A stretch of DNA of 64,000 bases from Selaginella moellendorffii. Its lineage: Eukaryota; Plantae; Lycopodiophyta. Made by a program: the position numbers and the translations under genes. The notes below the pieces were generated by a model, which was not told the DNA's origin, did not search any database, and worked only from the letters and a program-made list of their open reading frames with translations. The stretch is from positions 143,428 through 207,427 of the forward strand of contig NW_003314399.1 of the NCBI RefSeq assembly GCF_000143415.4. The letters are read 5' to 3'. Positions 11,112-28,231 of this stretch are shown one piece after another. Each line of letters opens with the position of its first letter. Within the stretch, counting starts at the first letter, position 1.

Positions 11112-12906
11112 ATGCGCTCTCCCGATTTCTCGATCTCTCTCTCGATGCCTCCAGCGGCGCTCGCCAGTGGCACGGGCGCCGCTTCTCTTGCTCTGCGCTC
11201 GAGGAATTTGTGCTGCGCGGCGACCGCGGGCGTGGATTTGAAGAGCGCGGTCTCTCGCCCCGAGATTTCGCAGGCGATTCGAGAGGCTGTGCCACATTGT
11301 CTCACAGAGACGAGGCTGGACGAGACTGTTCCTGGATTGGGTCCTAAGCGGCGAGGAAAGGTATGAAATATTTTTTTAGCCCCCACTAACTAAAATCGAT
11401 GATTCCTGCCACTGGCTACAGGTGAGAGATGTGTATGAAACAAAGGATCATTTGGTAATCGTAACCACTGATCGAATGAGCGCGTTTGATCGAGTTTTGG
11501 CTTCGATTCCCTTCAAAGGACAGGTTTGTTTATGCTTTTTTTCGTTACTTTTCCAGTGGAAAAAAAAGTCTTTGTCTTGTTTCCTTAGGTCCTGAACCAG
11601 ACAAGCGTTTGGTGGTTTAATAACACAAGACACATCACTCCAAATGCCTTTGTTTCGGCTCCTGATCCCAACGTCACCATTGCAAGGAAATGTGCAGTGT
11701 TTCCGGTGGAGTTCGTTGGTAACAGTGATTTTTTTCTCGACGCTCGGGCCTATTAAAGTCTCTCCTGTCTTTGTTTTTTCTTCTTTTTCTTGTAGTCCGA
11801 GGTTATATCACTGGAAGCACGAGCACGTCGCTGTGGACAGTTTACAACCAAGGCATCCGGTATTATTGCGGGAACGATCTCCCTGAAGGTTCTTTCTTGT
11901 TTTCATTCTTCGTTAAGGAACTGTTTGCCTGAGTTTTCTTGCTGCCAGGGCTGATAAAAAACCAGCGTCTCGATTATCTCATGCTCACTCCGACTACAAA
12001 GTCTGACGATCATGATCGGCCAATTTCCGGCGAAGAGGTGAAAAGTTAGTGACGTTCAGCATTAAATGCTGTACTCATTTTAACATTGAATCTTTAGATT
12101 GTGGAGCAAGGCCTGATGTCCGAGGCTGACTATAAAAGCGTTTCCAGTAAAGCTCTTGCGCTTTTTGCTTATGGCCAGGTGGGAGAGAAACGTTTTGTTT
12201 TTTTTTTCCTTACACTCCTTGCATGCTTTGTGCAGGAAGTTGCCTTGAAGCACGGCTTGCTGCTTGTAGATACGAAATATGAGTTTGGGAAGATGGCAGA
12301 TGGATCAATATGTTTGATTGACGAGGTCGACCTTTCTAACCATGGGAATGTCAATCAAAAGTCTGAACTTTTACTTTTCTAGGTGCACACGCCTGACTCG
12401 AGCCGATATTGGATCGCTGGATCATATGAGGAGCGAATGAAACAGGGTCTGGAGCCTGAAAACATTGACAAGGTATTTAGTTGTGTCTTTTACCAATGGC
12501 TCTTTTTCGAACTATTTAAGCAGGAGTTCCTTCGACTCTGGTTCAAGGACAATTGCAATCCTTACAAAGACAAGGTCTGGCTCGTGGTCGTACTTTTTCG
12601 TTTTTTCTCCAAACACCCGTGTGCTTTGTAGGTTCTCCCGGACGCTCCAGTCGAACTAGTGACTGAACTCGCATGGAGGTGATTTACGAAACACACTCTC
12701 TTTCCTTTGCACTTAGCTGACCGGTTTTTCCAGATACATCCATTTGTACGAGACAATCACTAGCGAGAAAATGATAGTCCCCGAGAAAGCCGAGGTAAAA
12801 AATTGCGATTTTTAGAATGAAACACAAAAGGTTGAGTTCTTGCGTGTACACTTGACAGGAGGACGCTCACGAGAGGATCACGAGGAGCGTCATTCAAGCA
12901 TTATGA
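11112..12906 (+). CDS. PUR7: SAICAR synthetase (PurC/PUR7) with transit peptide; multi-exon
   Basis: [69 protein letters not shown]. Confidence 0.95.
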
Positions 12907-13181
12907 ACGTGCAGAGAAGTCCCCGGCGTACGCTTTGCAAAGAATCTCCCTTTTTTTTTTTAACTTTTTCTTTGTCTCTTGACGTGAACTCAATCAAGCT
13001 TGCTCGCTGCCTTGCAGTCACAGCCAACCAAAACCGATCGATTGAGCCAAGAAAACGAATAAGTCCACCAATGCGGCCTTTTGTCGCATTACACATACGT
13101 ATGAATACATCTCTCCCCCTCCAATCTGTACACTGTTATTCCTGCTAGAGTAGAATGGTTTTGATTGACTCTTCCTTTTTT

Positions 13182-14474
13182 CTACTCGAGTTTCTCGCTT
13201 GGCCAGAGTTTGGTCCAGATAGAAATCTCCTCCTTTGTGCGCAGCTTTCGTACGCCACCATAGAAGCCCTCACCTTCGTTGCCTTCTTCGCAGTGATTGG
13301 CTCTGTTGATAGGAGCCTTGCGCCATCTCGATCCGAGCGTGTATTGATTGAATTCCAACCAGACAATCTCTACAACCAACGAAAACAAATCAACGAAGAA
13401 TCTCATCATCCTGCTGCGAAAAAAGCGAGAAAAGAAACTCGGACCACCAACTTACCGTGAAGGTGACACTGGCACTGGTGGTTTCTCGGGCACAAGTCCG
13501 TGTGGCCAACGATTCCATACCACCATCCTGGCAGGAAGAAGTCACGGGTAAAAAAGAGATGGCGGAGCTTCTCGTACTGACCATATGGAAAGTCTCTGTT
13601 GCGTCTCCACTGGACCTCGATGTGATCCCCCGGTCGCAGATCGTGGAGGCAGTCCGAGGCGTGGAGCTCGTGAGCGGCCGTGTCCACTGGAGGAGCTCGG
13701 ACTCGTTCCCAGGGAACGTCCTCCTCGTAGACACTGGTGCGCGGGCCGTGTGGAGGATAGCTGAAGCTTCACAACACCAGCGCGATTCAAGCACTCTTTC
13801 CTGGATGACGAGCTTTGTATCACAGAAAAAACGCTCTTTTACCTTGCGAGGAACGCGTCAGTGGCGCTGTTGTAGCTCACCTCGGCATCGTAGCACGAAA
13901 GCATGAATCCGACGTGACCGTTCTGTGCAAGCAAAGAGGAAAAGAAGAGCAAACAAGCAAACGCTTCCGTGAGGAACTCGTCCAAAGTTTTCGCGAAGTT
14001 GGCTCTCACCTCTCGGTTGTAGACCTGAGCTGGGAAGCGAAATCGCCCGGTTTCCAGATCCCAGTACCACGCCATGAGCGAATTCTCGCCCACTGCCGCT
14101 TTGCTCCGCCGCTGCGCCTGTGGATTCATCCACGACACCGGTAGAATGCACGAGAGCGGCCACAGCCAAATCCCCGAGGAACGAGAGCAAGGCTCGCTTC
14201 CACACTCCTCTCTCGCGGCCAGGCCGAGTTGCCACTCCGCGAAAGCCAGCCTGCCAGTGACTTTCCCCCATTTCTCGTAGACGAGAGCTTCCCAGAGATG
14301 GTTGCTCCGGCACTTCTTCCGCAATTCCCTGCACACTCCAGCCATTTGGCACAGCGCCACCGCGGGGAGGCGAGTGAGGATGCCTTCCATGACGAGCTCT
14401 GGCAGATCCAGGAAGCCCAGCTGCCTGGAATCCTCCACATTCTCCACCTTCTTGACACACCTCCGCGAAAACAT
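13182..14474 (-). CDS. F-box protein with plant-specific C-terminal domain (At2g26850/At2g32560-like); start uncertain
   Basis: [18 protein letters not shown]-box; [22 protein letters not shown]; [24 protein letters not shown]; LEFNQY. Confidence 0.88.
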
Positions 14475-15278
14475 GACTAGAACTCTTCCCTGGACAAGCT
14501 CGAGCAAGAATTCGACAAAGAGCCAGTTCCAGAGGATGGTCATCTCATGCTGGAACTCACGCAAAGAGGAAGAAGAGAAGAAAAAAGAGAGGAAGAAATC
14601 GCCCAGCACGACAGTTATCAGCCAAAAACTAAGCCCAGTCGGTTATGGAAACAATTTCTTTCGCGAAAGAAAGAGGAGAAGAAGCCCAGGCCAGAATTGG
14701 AAGGAAGAAGAAGCATAGCGGAGAGTTTTTCGCGCGATTTCTCCCACAATTGGGGGACTGATCGTCAATGACACTGCTGGATTTCGTCAATGGAAATCAG
14801 AGGAAATCGCCAGTGGCACCAGTGGTAGCGAGGGATTTCCAGGCGCGCCGATTCAACGCGGGGCCTGGCATTGGAAAGGAATCGACGTACTTACCACCAG
14901 CACGCGCGAGATTCCATCCATACCAGCCCAGCGCCGCGACGATGGCGCAGCGCTAACTAAAACCCTAACCTGTCATGATCGCTTTTGTTCGTGTGGTGAC
15001 TCGATATTAGATAGTGACATTGTGCCTAGCATTCTCGTCTAATTGGACGGCGAGGGAAAAAAAAGATTTAGTTTCTAGAACTTAGCGAGAAAGAAAACAC
15101 TTTAGTATTTGGCTTCTAGTCAAGCCATCGATCGATCCTAGATTTTCCTCTAGTCTAATAAGAAAAAAAGAAAGAAAAGGAAACAGAAATCTTAACTTCT
15201 AGCAAGCAAGAAAAAAGATCTTAGCTCTAGTCAAGGAAAAAAAATTCTAGCCCATCGATCGATCGATCGATCGGTCGA

Positions 15279-15981
15279 TCATCCACTTTTGATGGGTCTC
15301 ACGCTCTCCAGTAAATACGATAGCCCCGTGACGACATGGAGGCGAGAGTATGGAACTCCCGTCTTTGCGAGAGCTCTTCCTCGCGAATCCAGGAGAACGA
15401 AGCATGGGACGTATTTGATGTCGTAGTAGAGCACCTGGAGAGATGATCGAAACGCCATGAAGTTTGGAGGATCAAACACAAGATCATAGTACCTCTGGAA
15501 GCCACTTCTTGTTATCCACATCCGCCATGACGATGCCCAGCCAGTCCTGGTTCTTGCGCTCCACTTCCAGCACCAGATCCAGCAGCGACTTGCAGAGCGT
15601 GCACTTGGGCGAGTAGAACTCGAGGATCACGGCCTTTTTCCTGCTGGATAGAGCCAGAGCTAGAGCTCGCTGCTCGGCCTCCCCTTGTTCTTCCTGGGAT
15701 AACTCCGCTGCTTCACCACCATCCTTTCGGCCCAGTCCCTGGATGTGAGCTACGAGGGGTGCTAGAGGATTCCTCGCCCTGGAAGTTTTACCAGATCTAG
15801 CTCTAGCTGATGCTGGTACCTGAGTGACGAGACGATCGATCGCTTCCAGCTGGGGGGCCAGCCTCTGGAAGAATTCACCGACGTTCTTGAGCGCTCGGCA
15901 AGCATCCAGGCTCAAGCGCTCCGGGACTTGGGTGTCCAAGACTGGCCATCTTTGCCACTGCACGCCTTCCCGGCTGCTCAT
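15279..15981 (-). CDS. Atypical thioredoxin-fold protein (CTLC active site); at least 2 exons
   Basis: [16 protein letters not shown]...[21 protein letters not shown]...[10 protein letters not shown]. Confidence 0.85.
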
Positions 15982-16638
15982 GCTTCACATCACTTAGGTT
16001 TCAATGAACAGTGCATAGAACGGGGGAATATTCTCATCAGCGCCACCAGAAAAACTGACCAGTGAGCGGCGACTTTTGGTTGTGCCTCAGAGGAATGGTC
16101 AGCACCCGTTTTCTGCAAGTCACAGAAGCGAAACGACGAGGAGAAATCTGCAGCAGCTTGAGCAACTCTGGTGGCTGACGAAGTTCTCGCTGATGGCTCT
16201 GAAATTCTGCTGTCCACAAAGCTGTTAAGATGGTGGAATCTTGTGAGCACTAGGATGAAATCAGTAGCTCATCAAACTGATCATTCCAAGCTGACTAGTC
16301 GGGGCAGTGCCCCTTCACTTAAAAATCCTACAATCTATGCAAAGCTCCAGAGCTAAGGACTCTATCTACTTGTAAATAAACTCCCACAACCTTATCACAA
16401 AACTCGGGTAATTTGTTTTGCACCTGGTAGTAAAGCTGCGAATCTACGTAGTATCTAAGGAGATAAGATGAGCGCCCTAGAAAGCTTGGACTGTGTACAA
16501 GGAACAATCGCCTTCACCACCTTTGTCTCTTGCTGCTCCCAGTGAAACTAATCTTGGAAACTTGGAATCTTGGAATCTTGTAGAATCAGATTCCAAATTT
16601 TCATGTTTATTGCTCACTTTAGATCTTTTGTAATTCCC

Positions 16639-19720
<3,082 letters not shown>

Positions 19721-20065
19721 CTGCCTCCCCGGCGACGCCTGGAGGCCAGAAAAGAAAAAAACAAAGAAGGAAATCACCTTGCATTTGAATCCCAAGGGTA
19801 CCATTTTAGTTCTAAGTCTTTTCAACTGATCTAGACGCGCTAACACTCAGCCATTTCTTGAGACACACATGAGACGTGATGAAGCGCCAAAAAAGAAATG
19901 GAGACACGTACCATGAGAAGCGAAGCCGCAAACAATTTCCTTGAGTAAAGGGGCACGTCCCACAATTTAGGGCTGCCAACCCAGTTTAGAACAAAATCTT
20001 ACAGAGCCGTCCGATGGCGAATATCGGACGATCGAGAAGACTATGGAGGGAACTTTCGTCTTTCT

Positions 20066-20303
20066 ATCCAGGAGAACGAAGCATGGGACGTATTTGATAA
20101 AGCACCTGGAAATGATAGAAATGCGAATGATGAAAAAAGTTTGGATGAAGATCAAAGGAAGTACCTCTGGCTATCGAAGTAGTGGTGTAGCTGAAAAACC
20201 AGGCATTGTCATTGCGGATATATGTGCACTTGGGGGAGAAGAACTCGAGAATTACGGCCTTTTGATAGAGCCAGGGCCAGCGCTCGCTGCTCGGCCTGCT
20301 CCC
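20066..20303 (-). pseudogene. Decayed, internally deleted copy of the thioredoxin-like gene
   Basis: TCCAGGAGAACGAAGCATGGGACGTATTTGAT is identical to ~15388-15419. GTGCACTTGGG..AGAACTCGAG..ACGGCCTTTT..GATAGAGCCAG..GCTCGCTGCTCGGCCT matches ~15599-15680. Confidence 0.85.
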
Positions 20304-22396
20304 CTACTTGTCATTCGTGTCACGCTCGCTTCGTTCTCGTTGCGCTGCCTCTTTCAGTGCCACCAGAAAGTGGTGAGTGTCGACTTTAGTTTCCAAGGCC
20401 ATGCCAGCGTAAGCGAGGAACGGTAGCTTTCGCAGCACCCGTCCACTGAGTCCCTGCGAATTCAGTCGTCAGGGCAGGGGAAACGAAAGAGAAATCCACC
20501 TCGGCAGCTTCAGCAGTCTGAAGCAATGAATTGGAAAGGATGTCAGGCATGCTGCAGTTCATAGACTGTAATAGTGTGTCGTAGCTTACGAAGGTCTCGC
20601 TGATGGATCCATTCTGCTGTCGACAAAGCTGGTAAAATAGTAGATTTTTGCAGACAGAAAGCACTGACCGCGGAGGATGAAATTAGTCCAGTCCTTTCCA
20701 GCTCTTTCATACAGCTTCGTAGGATTTCGTATCGAGCTTCCAGCGTCGGTGGTCCAATGTATGCTTTTATGTCCGCTCGATCAACAAATGCAAGGTCTGG
20801 AACCAGGTGTCAGGGATATATTTTCTGGACAATGTCGCTCGTACCAATTGCTCCAGTGATGTTTGATGTGGTCAAAACAACAACATTAGGCCAGCTTCTC
20901 AGTTTGTCAAGCTGCGTGAGCAGAGCATTGACGACCTGTACATGATATCAATGAATCAGACGAAAACGAGAATCTCGAAATAGCGAACCCTGATAGAGTC
21001 TGAAGGCTCGGATCCCGAAAGTGCAGCCTGTCTTGCGGCTGCCAAGCTCTCAACTTCATCTGCATCGTTACGTTAAATGCAAGCAGATGACATAAGAACG
21101 TCACTGACAGAACACCTATCAGGACGAACACAAGGGAATCGGCGTCTTCAACCAGGTCCTGGATTTTTTGGAAAAGCTTGGTGACCTGAGATCCAAAGAA
21201 AGAGTCAGAGATTACGTCAGAATCTATAGACCATACCAGCTTGCCGCTTTCTGAAAACCACTTGCTAAACAAAGAATGCGCATTAACTTCGACGAGTTGT
21301 GATGAGTGATATCTGTGACTTATCAACATTTATGCAAGATTGTGTCAAGAGATGATCGATGGCTAGCACCTGTCCTTGAAGCGGATTGCAAGCTTTTGTG
21401 CAAGCGCTTTGCATAAGGAAGTCTTCCCCGTTCCTGGTGGACCATGTAGCAATATAACTCTACGGACAAGAATTGAAGTTGTCGCTATAACACATTACGA
21501 AAAAGAGATTACATACCGATTCCACGAAATAAGGTTGTGGTCGACTCCTTTGTCGGCGAACAGCACGGCTGTCTTCGAGTATTGAAGAAGCCTCTGCTTC
21601 AAGCCGGTGGCGTATATCAAGCTGAAAGTCCAAAGATTAGAAGCCTGAACACAATCGGCCAGCAAAGAGCTACCTCTCCCACAGTCCATGGAATTCTTTC
21701 GCTGGCAGGGACCACTCTTGAAAACTCGGTAGCTCCTCCGCACCATCTCCCTCGTCATCTGCTGCACCTTCCTCGTTCAGCTGGTAAGTAAGTGAACGAA
21801 GAAGTTCCGTCAGCCAGTACTACTCCTCGATCCAGAGCAAGCTTACAGTACCTGGTAAACGCTCACTTTGAAGTACACTTGCCAGAAGAGGAGAACGCAG
21901 TCCCCAGTGCCCCGACCTGAAAGAAAAGGTATGCATGGTCGACGAAAATTGGCAAAACGTAAATACCTGTGTCGCATAGAACACTTTGGACGTTATCAAT
22001 GAGAAATGCCTCTTCCGTTTGTTGAAAGTTCACAGGACCATCGACGAGGGATAGGCCTTGATTGTGAAGCATTCTGCCAGAAGAAGAAAGAAATTTCGAT
22101 CAAACATCACAGTGCAGAAGAAAGTACTACCTTTCAATCGCGTCTTTGACATCCTCGTGACGCGCCGAGCTCGTCGGCTTCAGGCACACCTCGACTGACA
22201 AAACAAAACAAAACAATTCAGCATCGAATCGCGATGCCGAGGAAGAGAAAACTTTACCTGAGACCTCGATCCTGTCGCTTGAGAAAAGCGATGCATTCGA
22301 GAGCTTCGCTGTCGCATCGGCGAATGCTGGATCCAAATCTCCAGCTCCAGCGCCTCCCAATGCGCCAGCGGCCGGACACACATCCATGTCCGCCAT
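20304..22396 (-). CDS. PCH2: Pachytene checkpoint protein 2 (TRIP13/CRC1) AAA+ ATPase; multi-exon
   Basis: [82 protein letters not shown]. Confidence 0.95.
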
Positions 22397-22493
22397 AGCT
22401 CGATCGCTACCCTAAGAAAATCCCTCCAAGCAATTCAAAAGTTTGATAGTTGAAGGTGAAAAAATATTCTCTTTCACGATGTAAGTGATAAAA

Positions 22494-23312
22494 TTACACG
22501 ATAGTAAGTTTTGGCTTTCTCAAGAGGCCGCGAGACTCTAGCATCTCAACTTGCGCGTAGACCCAGGGAGGATTTCTGGAATCGTCAAGCCACAGTGCTT
22601 CTTTAGTCGATTTATGGCGAAAATCTGGACGCTTGGAGTTTTCCTGCAACACAAGCCTTCGAATCTTAAGATCTTTCGCAAGTTTATACACACAACCTTG
22701 TCGTGGCGATTATCCCAGTAGTCGTGCGGCGCTGCGAAGAAATTCTGCCATAGTCTTGAGTGCTCGTCTTGCTCCTCTACAAGCACAAACTGGTAAACAA
22801 ATTGAAAGATTGGAAAAGACTCACCAGATCTTCCGGGAACATCTCCCTCCACTAGCTGGAAGTCCCTGACTCGAATCTGAGGCATATGAACTAGAGCACT
22901 GATCTTCTCAAGAACAAATGCTTACTTTTGCGATGGGTGTACTTCTCTGCATCTCCACAGAGGCGGACCCCGAGACTTGAATCCAGTCCCCTCTCCGGAC
23001 GTGTTGAATGAAGCACTCTCCAAGACCGTTGTGGAAATCCACAAAAAAGCTGCCATCGAGCATTAGATCAGACATATCGAATAGAGAACAAACATACCAG
23101 CTCTTGTCTTCCACAAGGAGGACGGCCTTCGCAATCTTCCCAGAGAACACCTTGTAAACAGCGGGATTGCCGATAACTTTCCCAGTTAGAGTGGCAGTAT
23201 TGGCAAGCGATGGATCAAAGCCGATGGTGGCGGGACGAGAATGGAGCTTTGTGCTTTCAAGTAAGCTGTGAAAGCAGCGCAAAGCGCCAGTTTGCCTTCC
23301 AATCCATCGCAT
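22494..23312 (-). CDS. Organellar ssDNA-binding protein (OSB family; SSB-like domain + PDF motif), copy 1
   Basis: LANTATLTGKVIGNP...VRRGDWIQVSG; LWQNFFAAPHDYWDNRHDK..RPDFRHKSTKEALWL. Confidence 0.85.
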
Positions 23313-23377
23313 TACCAAGCCCTACTATCTGTTCGTTAATAAACCATTAAGCAGTTTCAATAACAAGTTCTTACAGT

Positions 23378-24293
23378 TTATTGCTCAAACCTTTTCAGGA
23401 TGCCTTTGGATTCTAGAGCTTGGATTTGCGAAGGAACCCAGGAAGGCAAGTCCTGACTGTTGAGCCACAGTGCTTCTCGCGTCTCTTTGTGTTTAAAGTC
23501 TGGAGCTCTCGCATTTCTCTGAAAAAAAAGGAAAAAAAAAAAAACAAAAACGAAAAAAGAAGGAGGAAGTATGAAGTCTTGCGGCTACAATCCATTTTCA
23601 ATACCTTGATTGCTCTGTTGTCCCACCATTCATTTGGAGCAGCAAAAAACTCTAGCCAGAGCCTGGCAGTCTCGATTTTGGAGTCTGATAATCTAAATAT
23701 CTCAGCGAGCTACGAGCGAAAGTTTTATAAAAAAAATCTACAGCCTCACCGTTTGATTTCTCGACAAACTTAAAGTCTTTAACAAGCACCTGGAATCAAA
23801 GGAGAATGTATAAAAAGAGAAAGAAAAAAAGAAGAGAAAGTCAATGCTTTTCCACGAACCTTAGGTGTGACGATCTTATCTCCAGGCTTTGGTACAAGCA
23901 ATTCTCCTTGAACTTGAACCCAATCCCCCTTCTTAGCATGCTCAACAGCAATTTCCGAGACTGGGTCGCAGAAATCAAGCAAAAACCTGAGGAATCAAAC
24001 AACATCGCTATGAAACAAACCATTTGAAAAAGAAAAAAGCTCACATACCACGAATGGGGAGTTTTTATCGAGCCATATGCGATTCTTCCTTGCTCGCTGT
24101 AGCCCCAAGCGGGATCTTTACCTAGAAATCCAATCAAGCTCACATTATTCGCGAGATCCCTATCCCATTTGATCGTCTCTGGCCGCTGGAATCCGCCGGA
24201 GAGATCGGTGGCCGCCACTAGAGCGCGGCATTGATGCCTAAGAAAGCTACACCCTAACCGCGGCGCCTGGAAGACGATGAGACTATTTGACAT
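23378..24293 (-). CDS. Organellar ssDNA-binding protein (OSB family), copy 2
   Basis: RPETIKWDRDLANNVSLIGFLGKDP...AKKGDWVQVQGEL; WLEFFAAPNEWWDNRAIK|RNARAPDFKHKETREALWL...KRFEQ*. Confidence 0.85.
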
Positions 24294-24658
24294 GAGAAGA
24301 AGCGCGCCAAAGGAATATCCAGGGTTTAGGGTTTAAGACAACGACAAGGCTTCCAGATTTTTCCATGGTCATGCATGACCCATGCATAACAGCCGATATT
24401 TATCCAATTACCTGTTAGCTAAAGGCCTTCTTCTAGTCGAGATTTTAACAAACAGGGATTCGCACTTGCAGGTCCCGTTAGATGAGAATCAATCCAACGG
24501 CTGGATCTTGCCATATGGGCATGCATGACCATAACAAGACCGACGAACCCTAAAAGGAGGACCGCCATAGCCATTGTTATTGTGGTTTGGTTTGGTTCGT
24601 CGTTGCCGGGCGCTAGGCGCTGGGCGCTTGTTCCTTGGAAGCTGCTATTCGCGGTGAT

Positions 24659-27600
24659 ATGAATTCCTGCTCGAGGAAGGCGCTTTCCGTCACGCTGCTG
24701 CGGACCATGGCCGTCTCTCCGGCCGCGACGTCGGTGAGATCTCTCAGCACTGCCACCGCCGCGCTGGCGCTGCGAAGCAATGCCGACAAGGTGAGCGAAA
24801 TCTCCTGCCATGGACGGATGATTGACGATTCTAGCTCGGATTTTGCAGGGCGCTAAAAGTGTTCCTCTCCAGAAGAGGTCTCAGTTTCTTCCGCTGGCAC
24901 ACGGCTCTAGGTTCTTGAGCTCCGGCAGGGCCATCGCTGGGAATGTTGGTTTTACATCGGAGGAGAGGCGGGCAGATTGGAATCGAATGAGTGTTCGTGC
25001 CGAGGCTACTGTCGCCGAGGCTCCTCCGGCCGAGCCAGCGGCTGAAAAGTTCCAGTATCAAGCAGAGGTAAGAGCTATTCATGCTAGAACAAATTCTAAC
25101 ACGATGCTCTACAGGTTAGTCGCTTGATGGACCTCATCGTCAACAGTCTATACAGTCACAAGGAAGTTTTTCTTCGTGAGCTCGTCAGGTACTGTTTTGC
25201 CAATTCTCTTCCCGGCTCATTTTGTTGAATCTTTACAGCAATGCGAGTGATGCGCTTGACAAGCTGCGATTCTTGAGCGTCACTGAGCCTAGCCTTTTGG
25301 ATCCTAATCCCAACCTGGAGATTCGAATCAAGGCTGATCAGGAGAAGGGGACCGTGACCATCATGTGAGTTTGCATTTTCCTTCCCAGGTTTTAATGTTC
25401 GTCTGTTTCTCTGTGCAGCGATTCTGGAGTTGGTATGACTCGCCAAGAGCTTGTGGACAGTCTCGGAACTATCGCCCAGAGTGGCACTGCAAAGTTTTTC
25501 AGCGCAATCAAGGTATGTGGCTTGTGTAGACTGGAAATTTACCCAGCTAATTATACTTGCGTGCAGGAAAATAAGGCTGCACTCGGGGATAACAATCTGA
25601 TTGGTCAATTTGGTGTTGGATTCTACTCTGCCTTTCTGGTGGCTAACAGGGTAAGGTCTTTTATTTCACACATCAACTGAATTAACTCCCCCCCTTTTTT
25701 TAATGAAGGTTACTGTCTCAACAAGACATTCAAAGTCGGACAAACAGTGGGTTTGGGAAGGAGAGGCCAATGAAAACGACTATTCGGTCTATGAAGAAAC
25801 TGACCCCGACAAGCTTATTCCGCGAGGAACAGTCGTTACTTTGACGCTGAAGGTAACCGCGATTGGCTAAGAGAATGAGTTGAGCTTAATTGTTTCTGTT
25901 GCAGGCGGATGATAAATTTGAGTACACGGATCCAGTGAGGATTTTGAACTTGGTGAAAAACTATTCTCAGTTCATATCTTTTCCCATCTACACATGGCAA
26001 GAGAAGACAGTAGAGAAGGAGGTACTTGATGTTTGGTCTTGTTTTCTATACAATTCTTAATCGTTCATCAGGTGGAAGACACAGAAGCTTCCGAGGCGCC
26101 TCCTGCTGATCCAGCGTCTGCTGCCATCGAAGGAGGAGAGGCACCAGCGCCACAAAAGGTGAACTTCTCGCTGTTTTGTAGACATTTCGTTGATCTCGAC
26201 TTACACTATTGTTTCAGAAAATGAAAACCATTACTCAGAAAGTCTATGACTGGGAGCTGATCAACGAGACAAAGCCTATCTGGGTAACGTGTTGATCTTG
26301 TTTGCCCCAGGCTTTCTTATATGTGAGAATGTAATAGATGAGAAGTCAAAAGGAGATTGATCCGGAAGAGTACAAGGAGTTCTTTAAGACTACGTTCAAA
26401 GAGTTTCTCCCTCCTCTAGGCTACAGTCACTTTACTACTGAGGTAAAGGTCAGTTCCGTTCGTTCTCTGCTTTAACAGCGTTTACAGGGAGAAGTCGAAT
26501 TCAGAAGTTTACTGTATGTTCCTGGTATGGCACCACTGTCCCACGAGGAAAACCAAGGACTGAAAACGAAGAATATCAGGCTCTACGTAAAACGGGTGTT
26601 CATTTCCGATTCTTTTGAGGGCGACCTGGTAAGCTAAATTCAAATTTTGTGTTTGTGTCTAACACTGGGATTGTCTTTCGATGAAGTTCCCGCGCTATCT
26701 CAGCTTTATCAAAGGTATTGTGGATTCCAACGACTTGCCTTTGAACGTATCACGAGAAATTCTTCAAGAGAGCAGAATAGTAAGATAATTGACTTGAAAT
26801 CTGATTCTAGGATCTAACTTTAAAAACTGACAGGTGCGTATAATGAAGAAGCGTCTTGTCAGAAAGTCTTTTGATCTGCTGGACGAAATTGCCAACAGGG
26901 AAAAGAAGGAGGTAGCTGCACTTGCTGACTTTTGCTAGGACTTGTGCTGATACTTTTTTCTTGGTTCAGGACTACAAGATCTTTTGGACATGTTTCAGCA
27001 AGAACATCAAGCTCGGATGCATAGAAGATGCAAACAACCACAAGAGGCTTGCTCCGCTCTTGCGGTTCTTCTCGTCCAAAAACGAGGAGGAAATGACGAA
27101 CCTGGATGATTACATTCGCAACATGAAGCCTGAACAAAATGCTATCTACTTCATTGCGGCAGATACTGTGAAGAGCTGCAAGAGTGCGCCTTTTCTTGAG
27201 CAATTGCTAGCGCGGGACTACGAGGTACGTTTTATACACTACTTTTCATGGTACTAAATTCCCTCACTTGTAGGTTCTGTTCCTTGTGGATCCTATCGAT
27301 GAGGTTGCTCTTACCAGCCTGCAATCTTACAAGGAAAAGAAGTTCGTTGATATTAGCAAGGAAGACCTCGATCTTGGTAAGCCGTGGTTAGATTTAAGCT
27401 TCTTCATAACCTTTTTTTCCAGGTGCTGCGGACGAAGCCAAGGAGCAGGAAATTGAAAGAGAATTCACGTACTGCTGTGACTGGATCAAGCAAATTCTGG
27501 GCGAGAAGGTGGCCAGCGTTGGTATCTCCAATCGTCTCAGCACGTCTCCTTGTGTTCTTGTCACTGGCAAACATGGCTGGTCTGCCAACATGGAAAGGTT

Positions 27601-28231
27601 CGGTTGTGTGTGTTATCTTTCGTCTCTTCACATCATATATTTTCAGGATTATGAAAGCCCAAGCGTTGGGAGATACGAGCCAGCTCGATTACATGCGTGG
27701 AAAGAGGATACTGGAGATCAATCCCCAGCATCCCATCATCGCGAGTCTAAACGTGAGGATTTTCTCGTTTCACTTGGAACGTCCTTAAATAATCTCTCTT
27801 TCGCAGGAGGCATGCAAGTCCAGTCCACACGACACTAGAGCCCAAGAGATTGTGGAGCTTCTGTACGAGACGGCTCACGTCTCCAGCGGATTCACGGTCA
27901 GTTCATCGTTTTTTCCTCTCATTTCCTCATCTAATTCGCTCGATGATCGTTCTCTTTTCAGCCTGACAACGCCTCGGAATTCGGTGCTCGAATCTACGAC
28001 ATGATCGGCGTCGCTTTGGGTGGCAGACAAGTTCTCAGCGGACAGGAGGAGGAATATAGCGCTCCCAGCGCTCCCCAAGTGGATTACTCACAGGGATACT
28101 CCGGAGGATATGGAGTATCGCCACCACCGCCAGAGGCCTCCGCCGCTACGCCACCTCCGCCGCCAGCTACCGAGGCCGAGGTAGTCGTAGAGCCATCCGA
28201 GGTGAGAGAAGGCGATCCATGGAAGAGCTAA
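24659..28231 (+). CDS. HSP90-5: Plastid HSP90 (HSP90C/HSP90-5); multi-exon (alternative start 24707)
   Basis: [61 protein letters not shown]; transit peptide and C-terminal DPW motif, no MEEVD. Confidence 0.94.

Noticed and set aside
15253-15281. (GATC)n palindromic run
   Set aside because: Simple microsatellite at the thioredoxin 3' end with no evidence of function
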